From positions 3,501 through 67,500 of the forward strand of contig JAFSLT010000070.1 in the NCBI GenBank assembly GCA_017448285.1: a DNA stretch of 64,000 nt. Direction: 5' to 3'. The notes under the pieces are model-generated. The model made no database searches. It was given only the letters and a program-made list of their open reading frames with translations, and was not told where the DNA came from. The stretch is from Clostridia bacterium. GTDB lineage: Bacteria > Bacillota > Clostridia > Oscillospirales > Acutalibacteraceae. Below are positions 1-9,540 of this stretch, one piece after another (position 1 is the stretch's first letter; each line of letters starts with the position of its first letter). The translations under genes were made by a program, and so were the position numbers.

Positions 1-488
1 GCAAGATAAATGATTCGCAAGGCAGAAGCGTTAGTTTTGAAAATACTGTTATAGTTATGACTTCCAATGCCGGGAGCAATAAAAACATGGGACCTTTAGG
101 ATTTGGGAAAAATACATCGGATTTAACTGAAGAAAAAGCCAGAAAAGCTCTTGCCGAATTTTTACGGCCGGAATTTTTAAGTCGAATTGATGAAATAGTC
201 GTGTTCAAACAATTAAATAAAGATGTTTTAATTCAAATTGCCGAATTAAAACTTGATGAGTTTGTTTTTCATCTTAAAGAAAAAGGCATAAATTTAATTT
301 ACGAAGCCGATGTTCCAAAAGTTTTGGTCGAAAAAATTGATAATGTAAATAAAAATGGGGCGCGCGAAATTGATAATTTAATTTGTAAAAATATTATCGA
401 TAAACTGGCATCGGTTATTATATCTCGAGGCACTTTTAATTTAGGCCAAGTTTTGCTTAAAAACGATTTGAGTTTTGAAGTTTATTAG
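1..488 (+). CDS. Clp/Hsp100-family AAA+ chaperone, C-terminal fragment (5' end outside window)
   Basis: Frame open from base 3. DSQGRSVSFENTVIVMTSN...LRPEFLSRIDEIVVF matches the second AAA/D2-small region of ClpC/ClpB-type ATPases. Confidence 0.8.
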   Translation, partial: KINDSQGRSVSFENTVIVMTSNAGSNKNMGPLGFGKNTSDLTEEKARKALAEFLRPEFLSRIDEIVVFKQLNKDVLIQIAELKLDEFVFHLKEKGINLIYEADVPKVLVEKIDNVNKNGAREIDNLICKNIIDKLASVIISRGTFNLGQVLLKNDLSFEVY

Positions 489-523
489 ACTTATTTCGAA
501 ATTTGAAAATTGGAACAGAAGTG

Positions 524-548
524 TTCTCTCCGGCTTCGCCGGAGGAGA
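524..548. repeat. GC-rich palindromic element (PE) copy
   Basis: ttctctccggcttcgccggaggaga, 36 bp after the clp stop. Confidence 0.85.
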
Positions 549-638
549 TGATGCAGATCCTTTATGTTGCTACATTGTATAACTTCTATGAATCATTAAC
601 ATATATCCACTTTTAGCAATGCCTTATCCTCATTTTTG

Positions 639-667
639 TTGAATTTAACTTTTTAATATATTATAAT
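639..667 (+). promoter_or_regulatory. Sigma-A-type promoter of the toxin-like transcript (copy 1)
   Basis: TTGAAT (639..644), 17 bp spacer, TATAAT (662..667). Confidence 0.55.
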
Positions 668-740
668 AAAAAACTGTGGCTTGGAAACGCGGGTTCATCT
701 TTGGCTTCTCTCGAGTTTCGAGGAAAAGCGAGGTGATTAA

Positions 741-863
741 ATGCTCGGTTGGTTTATATTTTTCTTCAAAGTGTTTAAATTCGTTTACTTTGAATTGAAA
801 AAAAATAGAAGAAACAATCGACGCCCGCGAAAGAAGCGTGGACGTCGGAAAAACAATAGATAA
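741..863 (+). CDS. Small hydrophobic peptide with a basic tail (type I toxin candidate, 40 aa)
   Basis: RBS gaggtga precedes ATG 741. Product is MLGWFIFFFKVFKFVYFELKKNRRNNRRPRKKRGRRKNNR. It falls below the ORF-track size cutoff. Confidence 0.45.
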   Translation: MLGWFIFFFKVFKFVYFELKKNRRNNRRPRKKRGRRKNNR

Positions 864-890
864 AAACCGATGAACCCGTGACCAAGTCAC
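797..890 (-). ncRNA. Candidate antisense (antitoxin) RNA, copy 1
   Basis: Predicted start is about 7 nt downstream of the minus-strand promoter at 897..925. A hairpin at 819..847 is followed by a T-rich tract on the minus strand. It overlaps the 3' half of the small ORF. Confidence 0.35.
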
Positions 891-896
891 ATTTTT

Positions 897-925
897 ATTG
901 TATCATAAAATTTTGAAAATATCAA
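897..925 (-). promoter_or_regulatory. Convergent sigma-A-type promoter (antisense RNA, copy 1)
   Basis: On the minus strand: TTGATA (925..920), 17 bp spacer, TACAAT (902..897). Confidence 0.5.
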
Positions 926-1280
926 CCGATATTTTCGATTTTTTGTGTGAAAAAATCGTAATTCCTCCCCAGAAGCGCAGAAGAGAATCTCTCGGCTCAA
1001 TCTTTTTCAAAAAATACACTACTTCGAATATTGCAAGTATGGGTCATGCGCTAAGATAGTTTAAAAACGCAAAAACTTCAGTTTTATGGACTCAAAAAAA
1101 GAATTGACAAAAATTTTGCGCGTTTAGAAAAATTAGACATAACCACCATACCATCATATATAAAATTTTAATAAAATATAAATGCAATAAACGATGAAAA
1201 CCGCTACTACCCGTGAATTTACACTTTTTTGGTCATGTACTAACCCACTTTTTTTTACTCTTGTAAATTCACCGTACAAT

Positions 1281-1350
1281 GTACTAATGTACTAATGTAC
1301 TAATGTACTAATGTACTAATGTACTAATGTACTAAATGTACTAATGTACT
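1281..1350. repeat. 8-bp microsatellite (GTACTAAT)n, about 8.6 units
   Basis: gtactaat is repeated head to tail, with one 9-bp unit (gtactaaat) at 1329..1337. It is intergenic, about 280 bp upstream of the sipL-like gene. Confidence 0.95.
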
Positions 1351-1632
1351 CTTCAATTATGATATCATAAACAAAATAAAAAAACAAGTGCTTTTTGCCA
1401 AAAATCAAAAAAATAAATAAAAAAATATAATTAAGAAACAAAAATATAGTATTTATATCTGGAAAAGGCAGTAGACTGAGCATTCTCTTCGGCACCAGCC
1501 GAGGCATTTAGATAAAAATTCTTAACAACAATGCATAAAATGATTTTTTCAGAATATAGATTAATACCTATGTTCTGAAATTTTTTTGGTTTCAAACGAT
1601 TTTTTCATTGATTGTAAAATAGGAGATGTAAA

Positions 1633-3174
1633 ATGAATTACGATTTGAATAAATATAAATTTTCTATGCTTGATAATATTTTTCAAGGGATTCAAGAAAT
1701 CCCTGTAGATTGCGATTTGACCCTTCCTGATTATTGCCCGGATATCGGAAAAATTTTAAAATGCCAAATTTCAGCAGGAGTAAATTCACGTAATATTTCG
1801 GGCGACCAGCTAAATATCGAAGGCACTTCTGTGCTCGAACTTTTGTATTCTGATTTAGAAAAAAATACGATAAGATGCTTTAAAACCGAAATTCCATTCT
1901 CGCAAAATTTGAATATTAAAAACTCTTCGCAATTTTCGGTAGCTACTTTTGATATAAAAAGAGAATATATAAATTGCCGAGCAATTTCACCCAGGAGAAT
2001 CGATGTTCACGGCGCTTTTTCATTAAAAGTAAACGTTTTTGGTAGCAAAGAACACGAAGTTACTAACGACATTGCTTCGGATGATATAAAGCAAAAAAAG
2101 AGTGACATTTCTTTTAGTCAGTTGAATTCTTTGCTCCAGCATCAAGTTAATATCAGCGAAATTTTAGATTTGGGAACAGACAAAAATGCTCCGGAATTTA
2201 TTATAAAATCTGATTTAAGTGTTAGTGACATAAATTGCAGCGCGAGCGACGAGAGAATAAACATAAAAGGCAAAGTTAATATTAAAATTTTATATATTAG
2301 TGATATAGAAACCGGCAAAACAGATTCGGTCGAAAATGAAATACCAATAAACGAAACTATAGATGCTCCAGGCGTTATGGACGATAATATTTTTATGATT
2401 ATACCTGAAATTATTTATCACGAAGAAAAAATTTCGGCAGATTCTGAAAGTATCGGAAATTTAATAAACGAGGAGCTTAAAATTATGATGACGATTTTTG
2501 CGTTCCAGGACGATGAAACTAAAATTATTGACGACGCTTATTCAACTGATTATGAAACCGAACTTTTATGTGAAAATTTTAAGTTTAAAAAATTTTCCGG
2601 CGTTTTAAACGAGAATATAATTCACAAAGAAATAATCAAAAATTCTGATAATAAATTTTTTAAAATTTTAGATGTCTGGCCAAGTTCATATTCTGCTAAA
2701 TTTTCTAAAAAAGATGAAAATCCAGGCTTTGAAGGCAAAATAAACCTGTGCATTTTGGCGATAAATCCTGATTTTGTACCGTTTTATATCGAAAGAGAAA
2801 TAAAATTTTCAAAAGAATTATATGAAAATATAGATTCTAAAATCTCAGATTCTTATATATTTATGTCAATTCCGCAAATTGATTATAAAATTATTAATAA
2901 CGACGAAATCGAAGTTAAGTTAAATATTCAAATAACTGCAAATATTTACAATGAGTCAGAATATAATTTAGTTGAAAATATAACTTCAAACGAAGCTTCG
3001 CCAAAAATTAAAGATTTAAAAACAGCTCTTACGATATATTACGCCAACGCAGGAGAAAAAATCTGGGATATCGCCAAGCATTATGGCACTACTATGGAAA
3101 AAATTCAGGACGAAAATGATATTGATTTTGAAGTTTTGGATTCCGACCGCGCGATTTTAATACCAATTTATTAA
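1633..3174 (+). CDS. SipL/SpoVID-like spore morphogenetic protein (DUF3794-type repeats plus C-terminal LysM)
   Basis: 513 aa. The C terminus LTIYYANAGEKIWDIAKHYGTTMEKIQDENDI...ILIP is a LysM motif. RBS aggag is present. The gene lies directly upstream of spoIVA. Confidence 0.6.
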   Translation: MNYDLNKYKFSMLDNIFQGIQEIPVDCDLTLPDYCPDIGKILKCQISAGVNSRNISGDQLNIEGTSVLELLYSDLEKNTIRCFKTEIPFSQNLNIKNSSQFSVATFDIKREYINCRAISPRRIDVHGAFSLKVNVFGSKEHEVTNDIASDDIKQKKSDISFSQLNSLLQHQVNISEILDLGTDKNAPEFIIKSDLSVSDINCSASDERINIKGKVNIKILYISDIETGKTDSVENEIPINETIDAPGVMDDNIFMIIPEIIYHEEKISADSESIGNLINEELKIMMTIFAFQDDETKIIDDAYSTDYETELLCENFKFKKFSGVLNENIIHKEIIKNSDNKFFKILDVWPSSYSAKFSKKDENPGFEGKINLCILAINPDFVPFYIEREIKFSKELYENIDSKISDSYIFMSIPQIDYKIINNDEIEVKLNIQITANIYNESEYNLVENITSNEASPKIKDLKTALTIYYANAGEKIWDIAKHYGTTMEKIQDENDIDFEVLDSDRAILIPIY

Positions 3175-3208
3175 TATTTAATAATAATTAAGTAATTAGG
3201 AGAAAAAA

Positions 3209-4687
3209 ATGGAAGAGAAGAATATTTACAGCGACATTGCAAAACGAACCGGTGGAGATATATACATAGGAGTTGTAGGGCCTGTAAGAACTGGTAAATC
3301 TACTTTTATTAAAAAATTCATGGATTCTCTTGTTATTCCGAATATTTTAGATAGTCGCCAGCGCGATAGAACTATCGACGAACTCCCGCAATCTGCAGGC
3401 GGAAAAACAATAATGACAACAGAGCCCAAGTTTATTCCCGAAGATTCAGTCGAAGTCGATATCGATGGATGCGCAAAATTCAGAGCAAGAGTTATCGATT
3501 GTGTAGGCTATATCGTGCCAAGTGCAATTGGCTATATTGAAAACGAAATCCCCAGAATGGTAATGACACCATGGTTTAAAGATGAAATTCCGTTTGATAA
3601 AGCTGCCGAAATCGGCACAAAAAAAGTCATAACCGACCATTCAACGATCGGCTTGGTCATAACTACTGATGGCTCAATAAGTGATATTGAAAGAAGCGAA
3701 TACGAAGACGCCGAACAAAGAGTTATTGAAGAATTAAAAGAAATCAATAAGCCGTTTATTACGTTATTAAATAGTATCGACCCGTATTCGAGCGAAACTC
3801 TTGCGCTTTCAGAATACATGCGCAAAAAATATAATATTCCTGTAATTCCAGTCAACTGTATGGATTTAAACGAGACTCAAATAAAAGAAATTTTGGGCAA
3901 AGTTTTGTATGAGTTCCCGATAAGAGAAGTAAAAATAGACTTCCCGAGATGGCTTTTAAACCTTGAAAAAGACCACTGGCTCAAATCTGATATATTTTCA
4001 AGCATAAAAGATTCTTCTCAAAAAGCGCATAAAATAAGAGAAGCAAAAAATATCGCTCAAGAAATCTGCGTTTCGGATTTTGTGAAAAATTCAGATTTAG
4101 ATTTAGTCGATTTAGGGACCGGAACCGCAAATTTAAGAGTAAGTTTAAAAGATAATTTATTTTATAAAATTTTGGGCGAAAAAACAGGAATAGAAATAAA
4201 AAACGAATGCGAACTTATGAACCACATGATGGAGCTTTCGAGTTTAAAACAAAAATACGAGCGGATCGGCGCTGCTTACGACGACGTCAACGAATCAGGC
4301 TACGGAATTGTGATGCCCGTTCTTGATGAATTAAAACTCGATGAACCTGAAATCATAAAACAAAGCGGAAAATACGGCATAAGACTCAAAGCCTCGGCGC
4401 CGGCAGTACATCTTTTAAAAACAAATATTACCACCGAAATCACGCCGATAGTCGGCTCGGAACAGCAATCTGAAGAACTCGTAACTTATTTACTCAAAGA
4501 ATTCGAAGAAAATCCTGCAAAGATTTGGGAATCCAATATATTCGGCAAATCTCTGCATTCTCTTGTAAACGAAGGTCTGCACAATAAACTTTATCGCATG
4601 CCAAACGACGCAAGGGAAAAACTCAAGCAAACTATCGAACGCATCATAAACGAAGGCTGCAACGGACTGATTTGTATAATTTTATAA
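3209..4687 (+). CDS. spoIVA: Stage IV sporulation protein A
   Basis: 492 aa. N-terminal Walker A GVVGPVRTGKSTFIKKFM. Length and overall sequence are typical of SpoIVA. Confidence 0.9.
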   Translation: MEEKNIYSDIAKRTGGDIYIGVVGPVRTGKSTFIKKFMDSLVIPNILDSRQRDRTIDELPQSAGGKTIMTTEPKFIPEDSVEVDIDGCAKFRARVIDCVGYIVPSAIGYIENEIPRMVMTPWFKDEIPFDKAAEIGTKKVITDHSTIGLVITTDGSISDIERSEYEDAEQRVIEELKEINKPFITLLNSIDPYSSETLALSEYMRKKYNIPVIPVNCMDLNETQIKEILGKVLYEFPIREVKIDFPRWLLNLEKDHWLKSDIFSSIKDSSQKAHKIREAKNIAQEICVSDFVKNSDLDLVDLGTGTANLRVSLKDNLFYKILGEKTGIEIKNECELMNHMMELSSLKQKYERIGAAYDDVNESGYGIVMPVLDELKLDEPEIIKQSGKYGIRLKASAPAVHLLKTNITTEITPIVGSEQQSEELVTYLLKEFEENPAKIWESNIFGKSLHSLVNEGLHNKLYRMPNDAREKLKQTIERIINEGCNGLICIIL

Positions 4688-4689
4688 AA

Positions 4690-5571
4690 TTAAATTTTTA
4701 ATCCAAGTTTATACTTTTGTTTTATCTCCGAAAAAGGAATTTCGATTGACGGTGCACCGAGTACCCCAGCGCCTAATTCATATTTCGCAAAATCTACGAC
4801 AAGTAAATCTTTGGAATTTTTATTTTCTATATGAAATTTATAATCTTTTAAATTATAATCTTTAAAATAATCATCAAAATTCTCGTTTTCGCCCATAGAC
4901 TTAAAATATTCCGTAACTTTTTTACCTATCATTTTGTTTATATTTTTTTTACTGCCGTTTAAAATATCTTCAAGTGTTAGTTTTTTGTTATTTTTTAAAT
5001 CGTAATTTTTAGAATTTGCCCAAACACTGACAGTCCCATATGCATAATATGCAGAATGTATATCTATAGAAATTATATCGTCATTTTTAGTAGCTTTACA
5101 CTTTTCATAATAATATAAAACGGTATCTGGAGGATTACCAGATTCAACCACAGATTCAGCTGTTTGTTTTAAATCTAATTTGCATCTATTAAACTCTTTT
5201 TCAGCTTCCAATCTATTTTCTTTGTTAATTTTATCTATAAAATCAGAGTGATTTTCATTTGATATGACAGGATATTCAACTTCAATTTTGATTTTCAAAG
5301 GTTTTTCGTTAAATTGCTCGTAATGAGTTAACTTTTGAATTGTTATATTTCTTGTTTCCGGATTTTTATTCTCAGAATTATCAACATTTTGTTTTTCATT
5401 ATTTGGTTTATTTTCATTTTTATCAAGTGATTCATCAATATTTTGTTCCAAATTCTGATTAATTAAATCAGAATTTGTATTATTTTTATTGCGAAAATAA
5501 AAAAACAATGAAATTCCTAATGCTAAAATTGCAAAAGAAACAGATAAAATTATAATTGACAATTTTTTCAT
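4690..5571 (-). CDS. Membrane-anchored protein, DUF3298/DUF4163-like (RsiV/PdaC C-terminal type)
   Basis: N-terminal TM segment, an Asn/Glu-rich linker, and a C-terminal ...NYDLKNNKKLTLEDIL... pattern. RBS ggag is present. Confidence 0.4.
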   Translation of the reverse strand: MKKLSIIILSVSFAILALGISLFFYFRNKNNTNSDLINQNLEQNIDESLDKNENKPNNEKQNVDNSENKNPETRNITIQKLTHYEQFNEKPLKIKIEVEYPVISNENHSDFIDKINKENRLEAEKEFNRCKLDLKQTAESVVESGNPPDTVLYYYEKCKATKNDDIISIDIHSAYYAYGTVSVWANSKNYDLKNNKKLTLEDILNGSKKNINKMIGKKVTEYFKSMGENENFDDYFKDYNLKDYKFHIENKNSKDLLVVDFAKYELGAGVLGAPSIEIPFSEIKQKYKLGLKI

Positions 5572-5602
5572 TACTACTCCTATTTATTTAAATATTTTTA
5601 TT

Positions 5603-6634
5603 TTAATCGACTCTATCTATAACACCGCCAAGTGCGAGATAATCATCAAAATAGCACACAGCAAACTGACCGGGACAAACATTAAAAGTTGGGTTTTTAA
5701 AAATTATTTCAGCTTCGCTTTGATTTTTTATCTCAATTTCAGCATCTGCAGGTTTACTGTTATATCTCACACAGACTTTTATATCTTTTGGAATTTTTTT
5801 CTTTTCAAATGACACAAAATTTATATTTTTTAAAATTATTTTTTCAGCTGCAAAACGATCAGAAAGAGTAACTTCGTGAGAAATCGGATTAATTTTTTTC
5901 ACATATGTTCTGGCTCCAAGAGAAATATTCAGGCCTCTCCTTTGCCCTACCGTGTAATTAAATATTCCATTGTGCCGACCTAAAATATTGCCGTCTTCGT
6001 CAATAAAATTGCCAGGTTTGTTTTTTATACCAAATTCGTGTAAAAAATCTTTGTACGAATTTTTTATAAAACATATATCTTGACTGTCATGTTTGTCCCA
6101 AACAAAAATATTATTATCTTTGGCAATTTTTCGCACTTCATCTTTAGAAAATTTTGCAATCGGAGTAATTATTTTACTAAGCTGATCTTGACTTAACAGA
6201 CAAAAACAATAACTTTGGTCTTTAATATTTTTGTTTTTCCGAACGCCAAATCTTCCGTTTAAATTGACAATTTGCGAATAATGTCCGGTTGCAATTTTTT
6301 TAAAGCCTAAATTTAATAATTTTTCTAAAGCAATGCCAAATTTTATATTTTTATTACACATTACACATGGATTAGGAGTTTTGCCATTTGTGTATTCATT
6401 TACAAAATAATCTATAACACTTGATTTAAACTCTTGGGTCAGATCAAGAACAAAATGATGAATTCCGATAGTTTTCGCAACTTTTTCGGCATCATTTATA
6501 GCTTTTTCAGCATTTTCGGAATTAAATAAATAAAAGGTAACACCATGCACCTCATAGCCGGCTTTTTTAAGTAGAAAAACCGAAACTGAACTATCCACAC
6601 CGCCGCTCATGGCAACTGCTATTTTTTCAGGCAT
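5603..6634 (-). CDS. mnmA: tRNA-specific 2-thiouridylase
   Basis: PP-loop AVAMSGGVDSSV. Start reassigned to ATG 6634 (MPEKIAV), which follows GGAGGA. The track start at 6661 is TTG. Confidence 0.9.
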   Translation of the reverse strand: MPEKIAVAMSGGVDSSVSVFLLKKAGYEVHGVTFYLFNSENAEKAINDAEKVAKTIGIHHFVLDLTQEFKSSVIDYFVNEYTNGKTPNPCVMCNKNIKFGIALEKLLNLGFKKIATGHYSQIVNLNGRFGVRKNKNIKDQSYCFCLLSQDQLSKIITPIAKFSKDEVRKIAKDNNIFVWDKHDSQDICFIKNSYKDFLHEFGIKNKPGNFIDEDGNILGRHNGIFNYTVGQRRGLNISLGARTYVKKINPISHEVTLSDRFAAEKIILKNINFVSFEKKKIPKDIKVCVRYNSKPADAEIEIKNQSEAEIIFKNPTFNVCPGQFAVCYFDDYLALGGVIDRVD

Positions 6635-6763
6635 TAATTTTCCTCCAGGAATTTTAAACAATCAATTTAAATGGCAAATTCGATGTACTATGAGTAAAAT
6701 ATCTAATGTTATTGTATTATAAAAATTATTTTTGTCAAGTATAACACGAGATATGGCGAAGTA

Positions 6764-6783
6764 CTCTCCGGCGCGCCGGAGAG
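6764..6783. repeat. PE copy (perfect 20-bp palindrome)
   Basis: ctctccggcgcgccggagag, between divergent mnmA and lon. Confidence 0.9.
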
Positions 6784-6943
6784 ATTATTTCTCAGTCGAA
6801 AAAATTTTTAAAAATTCGGTTTATTCACAGAATATTTTGCTATTTACACTTTGTTTTCTGATATAATATAAACAGGAGTTTTGATTTGAAAAATAAGCTA
6901 AATATTCTAAGACTATGCGATTTTTTAAAAGGAGGGGATTTAT

Positions 6944-9334
6944 ATGAGCAAGCATATGGATAAAAATTTTGACGATAACCATGATTTTAATTACGATACC
7001 GATGAAAATTCTGAAAAATTGGGGCTTTTGATGCCGGTGATTGCGCTCAGAGGTATGGTGATGTTTCCGAGCATGGTGCTCCATTTTGATGTTGGGCGAA
7101 AAAGGTCTGTTTTGGCACTTGAAAATGCGCTGAAAGGTGACCAAAATATTTTTGTTGTTTCTCAAAATGATGTTAGAGTAGACGAGCCCGAATCTGACAA
7201 TATTTATAAAATCGGCGTGATATCTAAAGTTAAGCAAATTTTGCGTCAGCCGGGCGGTATTATACGTGCTTTGGTTGAGGGCAGTCAGCGCGGTGTTATA
7301 GTCAAAGTTGAAAAATCAAATCCTTTTATTAGGGCGCAAGTTAAGTATTTAAACGAATTAATTGAACCTAAAGATTTATCTTCTACGGCACTTGAAAGGA
7401 AAGCTAAAGAATTATTTATGGAGTATTTAAGCATTGCTCCAAGGGTTTCGCCGGATTTGGTAATTGCTGTGCATACTATGAAAGAACTTGGTCAAATTGC
7501 TGATTTTATAGCTTCTAATATACCACTAGATTTTGAAGATAAACAAAAAATTTTGGAAGAAATGAGCGACAGAAAGCGTTTGGACCTTGTTGTTTCACAT
7601 TTAGCAAAAGAACTTGATATATTAAAAATTGAAAATAAACTGGCAGTTCAGCTCAGGAATAGCATCGATAGGCGTCAAAAAGAATATTTTTTACGCGAGC
7701 AAATGAGAGTGATTTCAGAGGAACTCGGCGAAGAAGATGACCCCAGAGCAGATGCCAGAAAATATATGAAAAAATTAAAGGCATTAAAGCTCAGCCGGCA
7801 AAATTTTGATAAACTTTCGGAAGAAATAAATCGTTTTGCGCGCACACCGTTTGCAGCGGGGGAATCGAGCATCATCAGAAATTATATTGATTTTTGCCTG
7901 GGACTGCCGTGGAATAAAACTTCGAAAGATAATAATGATATATTAAAAGCAGAAGAAATTTTAAATAAAAGCCATTATGGTTTAGAGCTTGTAAAAGAGC
8001 GAATTATCGAATTTTTATCGGCAAGGCAGCTTTCTAAGTGTTCAAGTTCTCAAATATTATGCTTAGTAGGACCGCCGGGAGTTGGGAAAACTTCGGTTGC
8101 TAAATCTTTAGCAAAAGCCATGGGGAAAAAATTTTTAAGAATTTCTTTGGGCGGCGTTAACGATGAATCGGAAATTCGAGGGCACAGAAAAACTTATGTT
8201 GGCGCTATGCCGGGCAAAATTATGAGTTCGATTAAAAAAGTTAATGTTAAAAATCCGTTTTTTTTACTCGATGAAGTTGATAAATTATCAAAAAATTATC
8301 ACGGCGACCCTGCGGCAGCACTTTTGGAAGTTTTGGATTCTGAGCAAAATAAAGAGTTTAACGACCATTTTGTGGATTTGGATTTTGATTTGAGCGAAGT
8401 CTTTTTTGTCGCGACTGCAAACGATATTTCAAATATTCCGAGCCCGCTTTTGGATAGATTAGAAATAATAAACTTATATAGCTATACTCATGATGAAAAA
8501 TTTCATATCGCAAAAGAGCATTTAATCACGAAACAAATGAAAAAAAATGGATTGAATTCCAGAAGTTTTAAAATTGATGACGAATGTATTGATATTTTGA
8601 TTGAAAATTATACGCGCGAAGCGGGAGTAAGAGAACTTGAGCGAAAACTTGCTTCACTGATGCGAAAATCGGCAAAATTAATAGTAACCGGCGAGAAAAA
8701 AAAGGTTGTTATTAATCCTGAAAATTTAGAAGAAATGCTCGGGCCGAAAAAATACAAAAGGGAAGATATTTCTAAAGAAGGCGAGGTCGGAATCGTCAGA
8801 GGCCTTGCCTGGACGGCAGTCGGAGGCGAAACACTGCCTATCGAAGTTTCTCTCATGAAGGGCAAAGGCAAGGTTCAAATAACAGGTTCGCTCGGCAAAG
8901 TCATGCAGGAATCCGCTCAGCTTGCCGTGAGTTATATTAGGAGTAATTCGCAAAAACTCGGTATAGATAAAGACTTTTATAAAAATACTGATATTCACAT
9001 TCATGCTCCCGAGGGTGCTGTGCCCAAAGATGGACCTTCTGCAGGAGTTACCATGACAACTGCGCTTGTTTCAGCACTTAGCAATACTCCTGCGCGCCGG
9101 GACGTTGCAATGACAGGTGAGATTACTTTAAAAGGCAAAGTATTGCCGATTGGCGGTTTAAAAGAAAAAACTATGGCGGCTTACAGAGCAGGGGTTAAGA
9201 CTGTTATAATTCCTGAGGGCAATAAAAGTGATTTGAGTAAAGTTGATAAAGTTGTAAAAGAAGGCATCGATTTTATTATTGCTGATAATTTAGATACAGT
9301 TTTAGAAAATGCACTGGAGAAACATAAAACTTAA
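6944..9334 (+). CDS. lon: ATP-dependent Lon protease
   Basis: 796 aa with an N-terminal LON domain, Walker [10 protein letters not shown] and protease motif PKDGPSAG. Confidence 0.95.
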   Translation: MSKHMDKNFDDNHDFNYDTDENSEKLGLLMPVIALRGMVMFPSMVLHFDVGRKRSVLALENALKGDQNIFVVSQNDVRVDEPESDNIYKIGVISKVKQILRQPGGIIRALVEGSQRGVIVKVEKSNPFIRAQVKYLNELIEPKDLSSTALERKAKELFMEYLSIAPRVSPDLVIAVHTMKELGQIADFIASNIPLDFEDKQKILEEMSDRKRLDLVVSHLAKELDILKIENKLAVQLRNSIDRRQKEYFLREQMRVISEELGEEDDPRADARKYMKKLKALKLSRQNFDKLSEEINRFARTPFAAGESSIIRNYIDFCLGLPWNKTSKDNNDILKAEEILNKSHYGLELVKERIIEFLSARQLSKCSSSQILCLVGPPGVGKTSVAKSLAKAMGKKFLRISLGGVNDESEIRGHRKTYVGAMPGKIMSSIKKVNVKNPFFLLDEVDKLSKNYHGDPAAALLEVLDSEQNKEFNDHFVDLDFDLSEVFFVATANDISNIPSPLLDRLEIINLYSYTHDEKFHIAKEHLITKQMKKNGLNSRSFKIDDECIDILIENYTREAGVRELERKLASLMRKSAKLIVTGEKKKVVINPENLEEMLGPKKYKREDISKEGEVGIVRGLAWTAVGGETLPIEVSLMKGKGKVQITGSLGKVMQESAQLAVSYIRSNSQKLGIDKDFYKNTDIHIHAPEGAVPKDGPSAGVTMTTALVSALSNTPARRDVAMTGEITLKGKVLPIGGLKEKTMAAYRAGVKTVIIPEGNKSDLSKVDKVVKEGIDFIIADNLDTVLENALEKHKT

Positions 9335-9383
9335 TATTTGATTTTAAATTTACTTTTTAGTATTGCTAAAAAAAGAAAAAGCA

Positions 9384-9404
9384 GCCTCCGGCATAGCCGG
9401 AGAG
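9384..9404. repeat. PE copy
   Basis: gcctccggcatagccggagag, 50 bp after the lon stop. Confidence 0.85.
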
Positions 9405-9432
9405 ATTTCTTGCAATGCCTCTATACATACAG

Positions 9433-9463
9433 TTGTACAAAAAAGATCCAAAAATGCTATAAT
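9433..9463 (+). promoter_or_regulatory. Candidate extended -10 promoter for the parE-like gene
   Basis: TGcTATAAT at 9455..9463, with TTGTAC at 9433..9438. Confidence 0.4.
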
Positions 9464-9540
9464 GGCATATAGTGCTACAGAATAGTAATTTACAAAAAAA
9501 ATAAAAATCAGCATCATGGCACAACTAGGGGGTGATTTTT

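Larger units (their letters stand above)
639..925 (+). other. Type I toxin-antitoxin-like module, copy 1
   Basis: Convergent near-consensus sigma-A promoters flank a 40-codon hydrophobic/basic ORF. The 5' segment 675..699 can pair with the 3' segment 869..891. A paralogous copy lies at 34441..34724. Confidence 0.5.

Noticed and set aside
645-890. An 81-aa minus-strand ORF covering TA-like module 1
   Set aside because: It has a GTG start with no RBS. It is not conserved in the paralogous copy at 34441..34724, where the flanking RNA elements are conserved. The region is better explained by the convergent small transcripts.
1525-1560. A sigma-E/sigma-K-type sporulation promoter upstream of the sipL-like gene (gcataaaatgattttttcagaatataga)
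   Set aside because: It has only a loose resemblance to the ATA...CATA-type consensus, with doubtful spacing. I cannot support it without TSS data.
3226-3855. Antisense or alternative-frame ORFs inside well-supported genes. Examples: 3226..3429, 3446..3640 and 3532..3855 in spoIVA. The same pattern occurs in lon, parE/parC, pck, murD, rny, pgi, ptsG, ptsI, gyrA, prs, glmU, the AAA+ gene, gyrB, the Ca-ATPase and the vWA gene.
   Set aside because: They overlap long ORFs that carry clear family motifs. They have no RBS and show the skewed composition typical of the opposite strand of AT-rich genes. I treat them as spurious.
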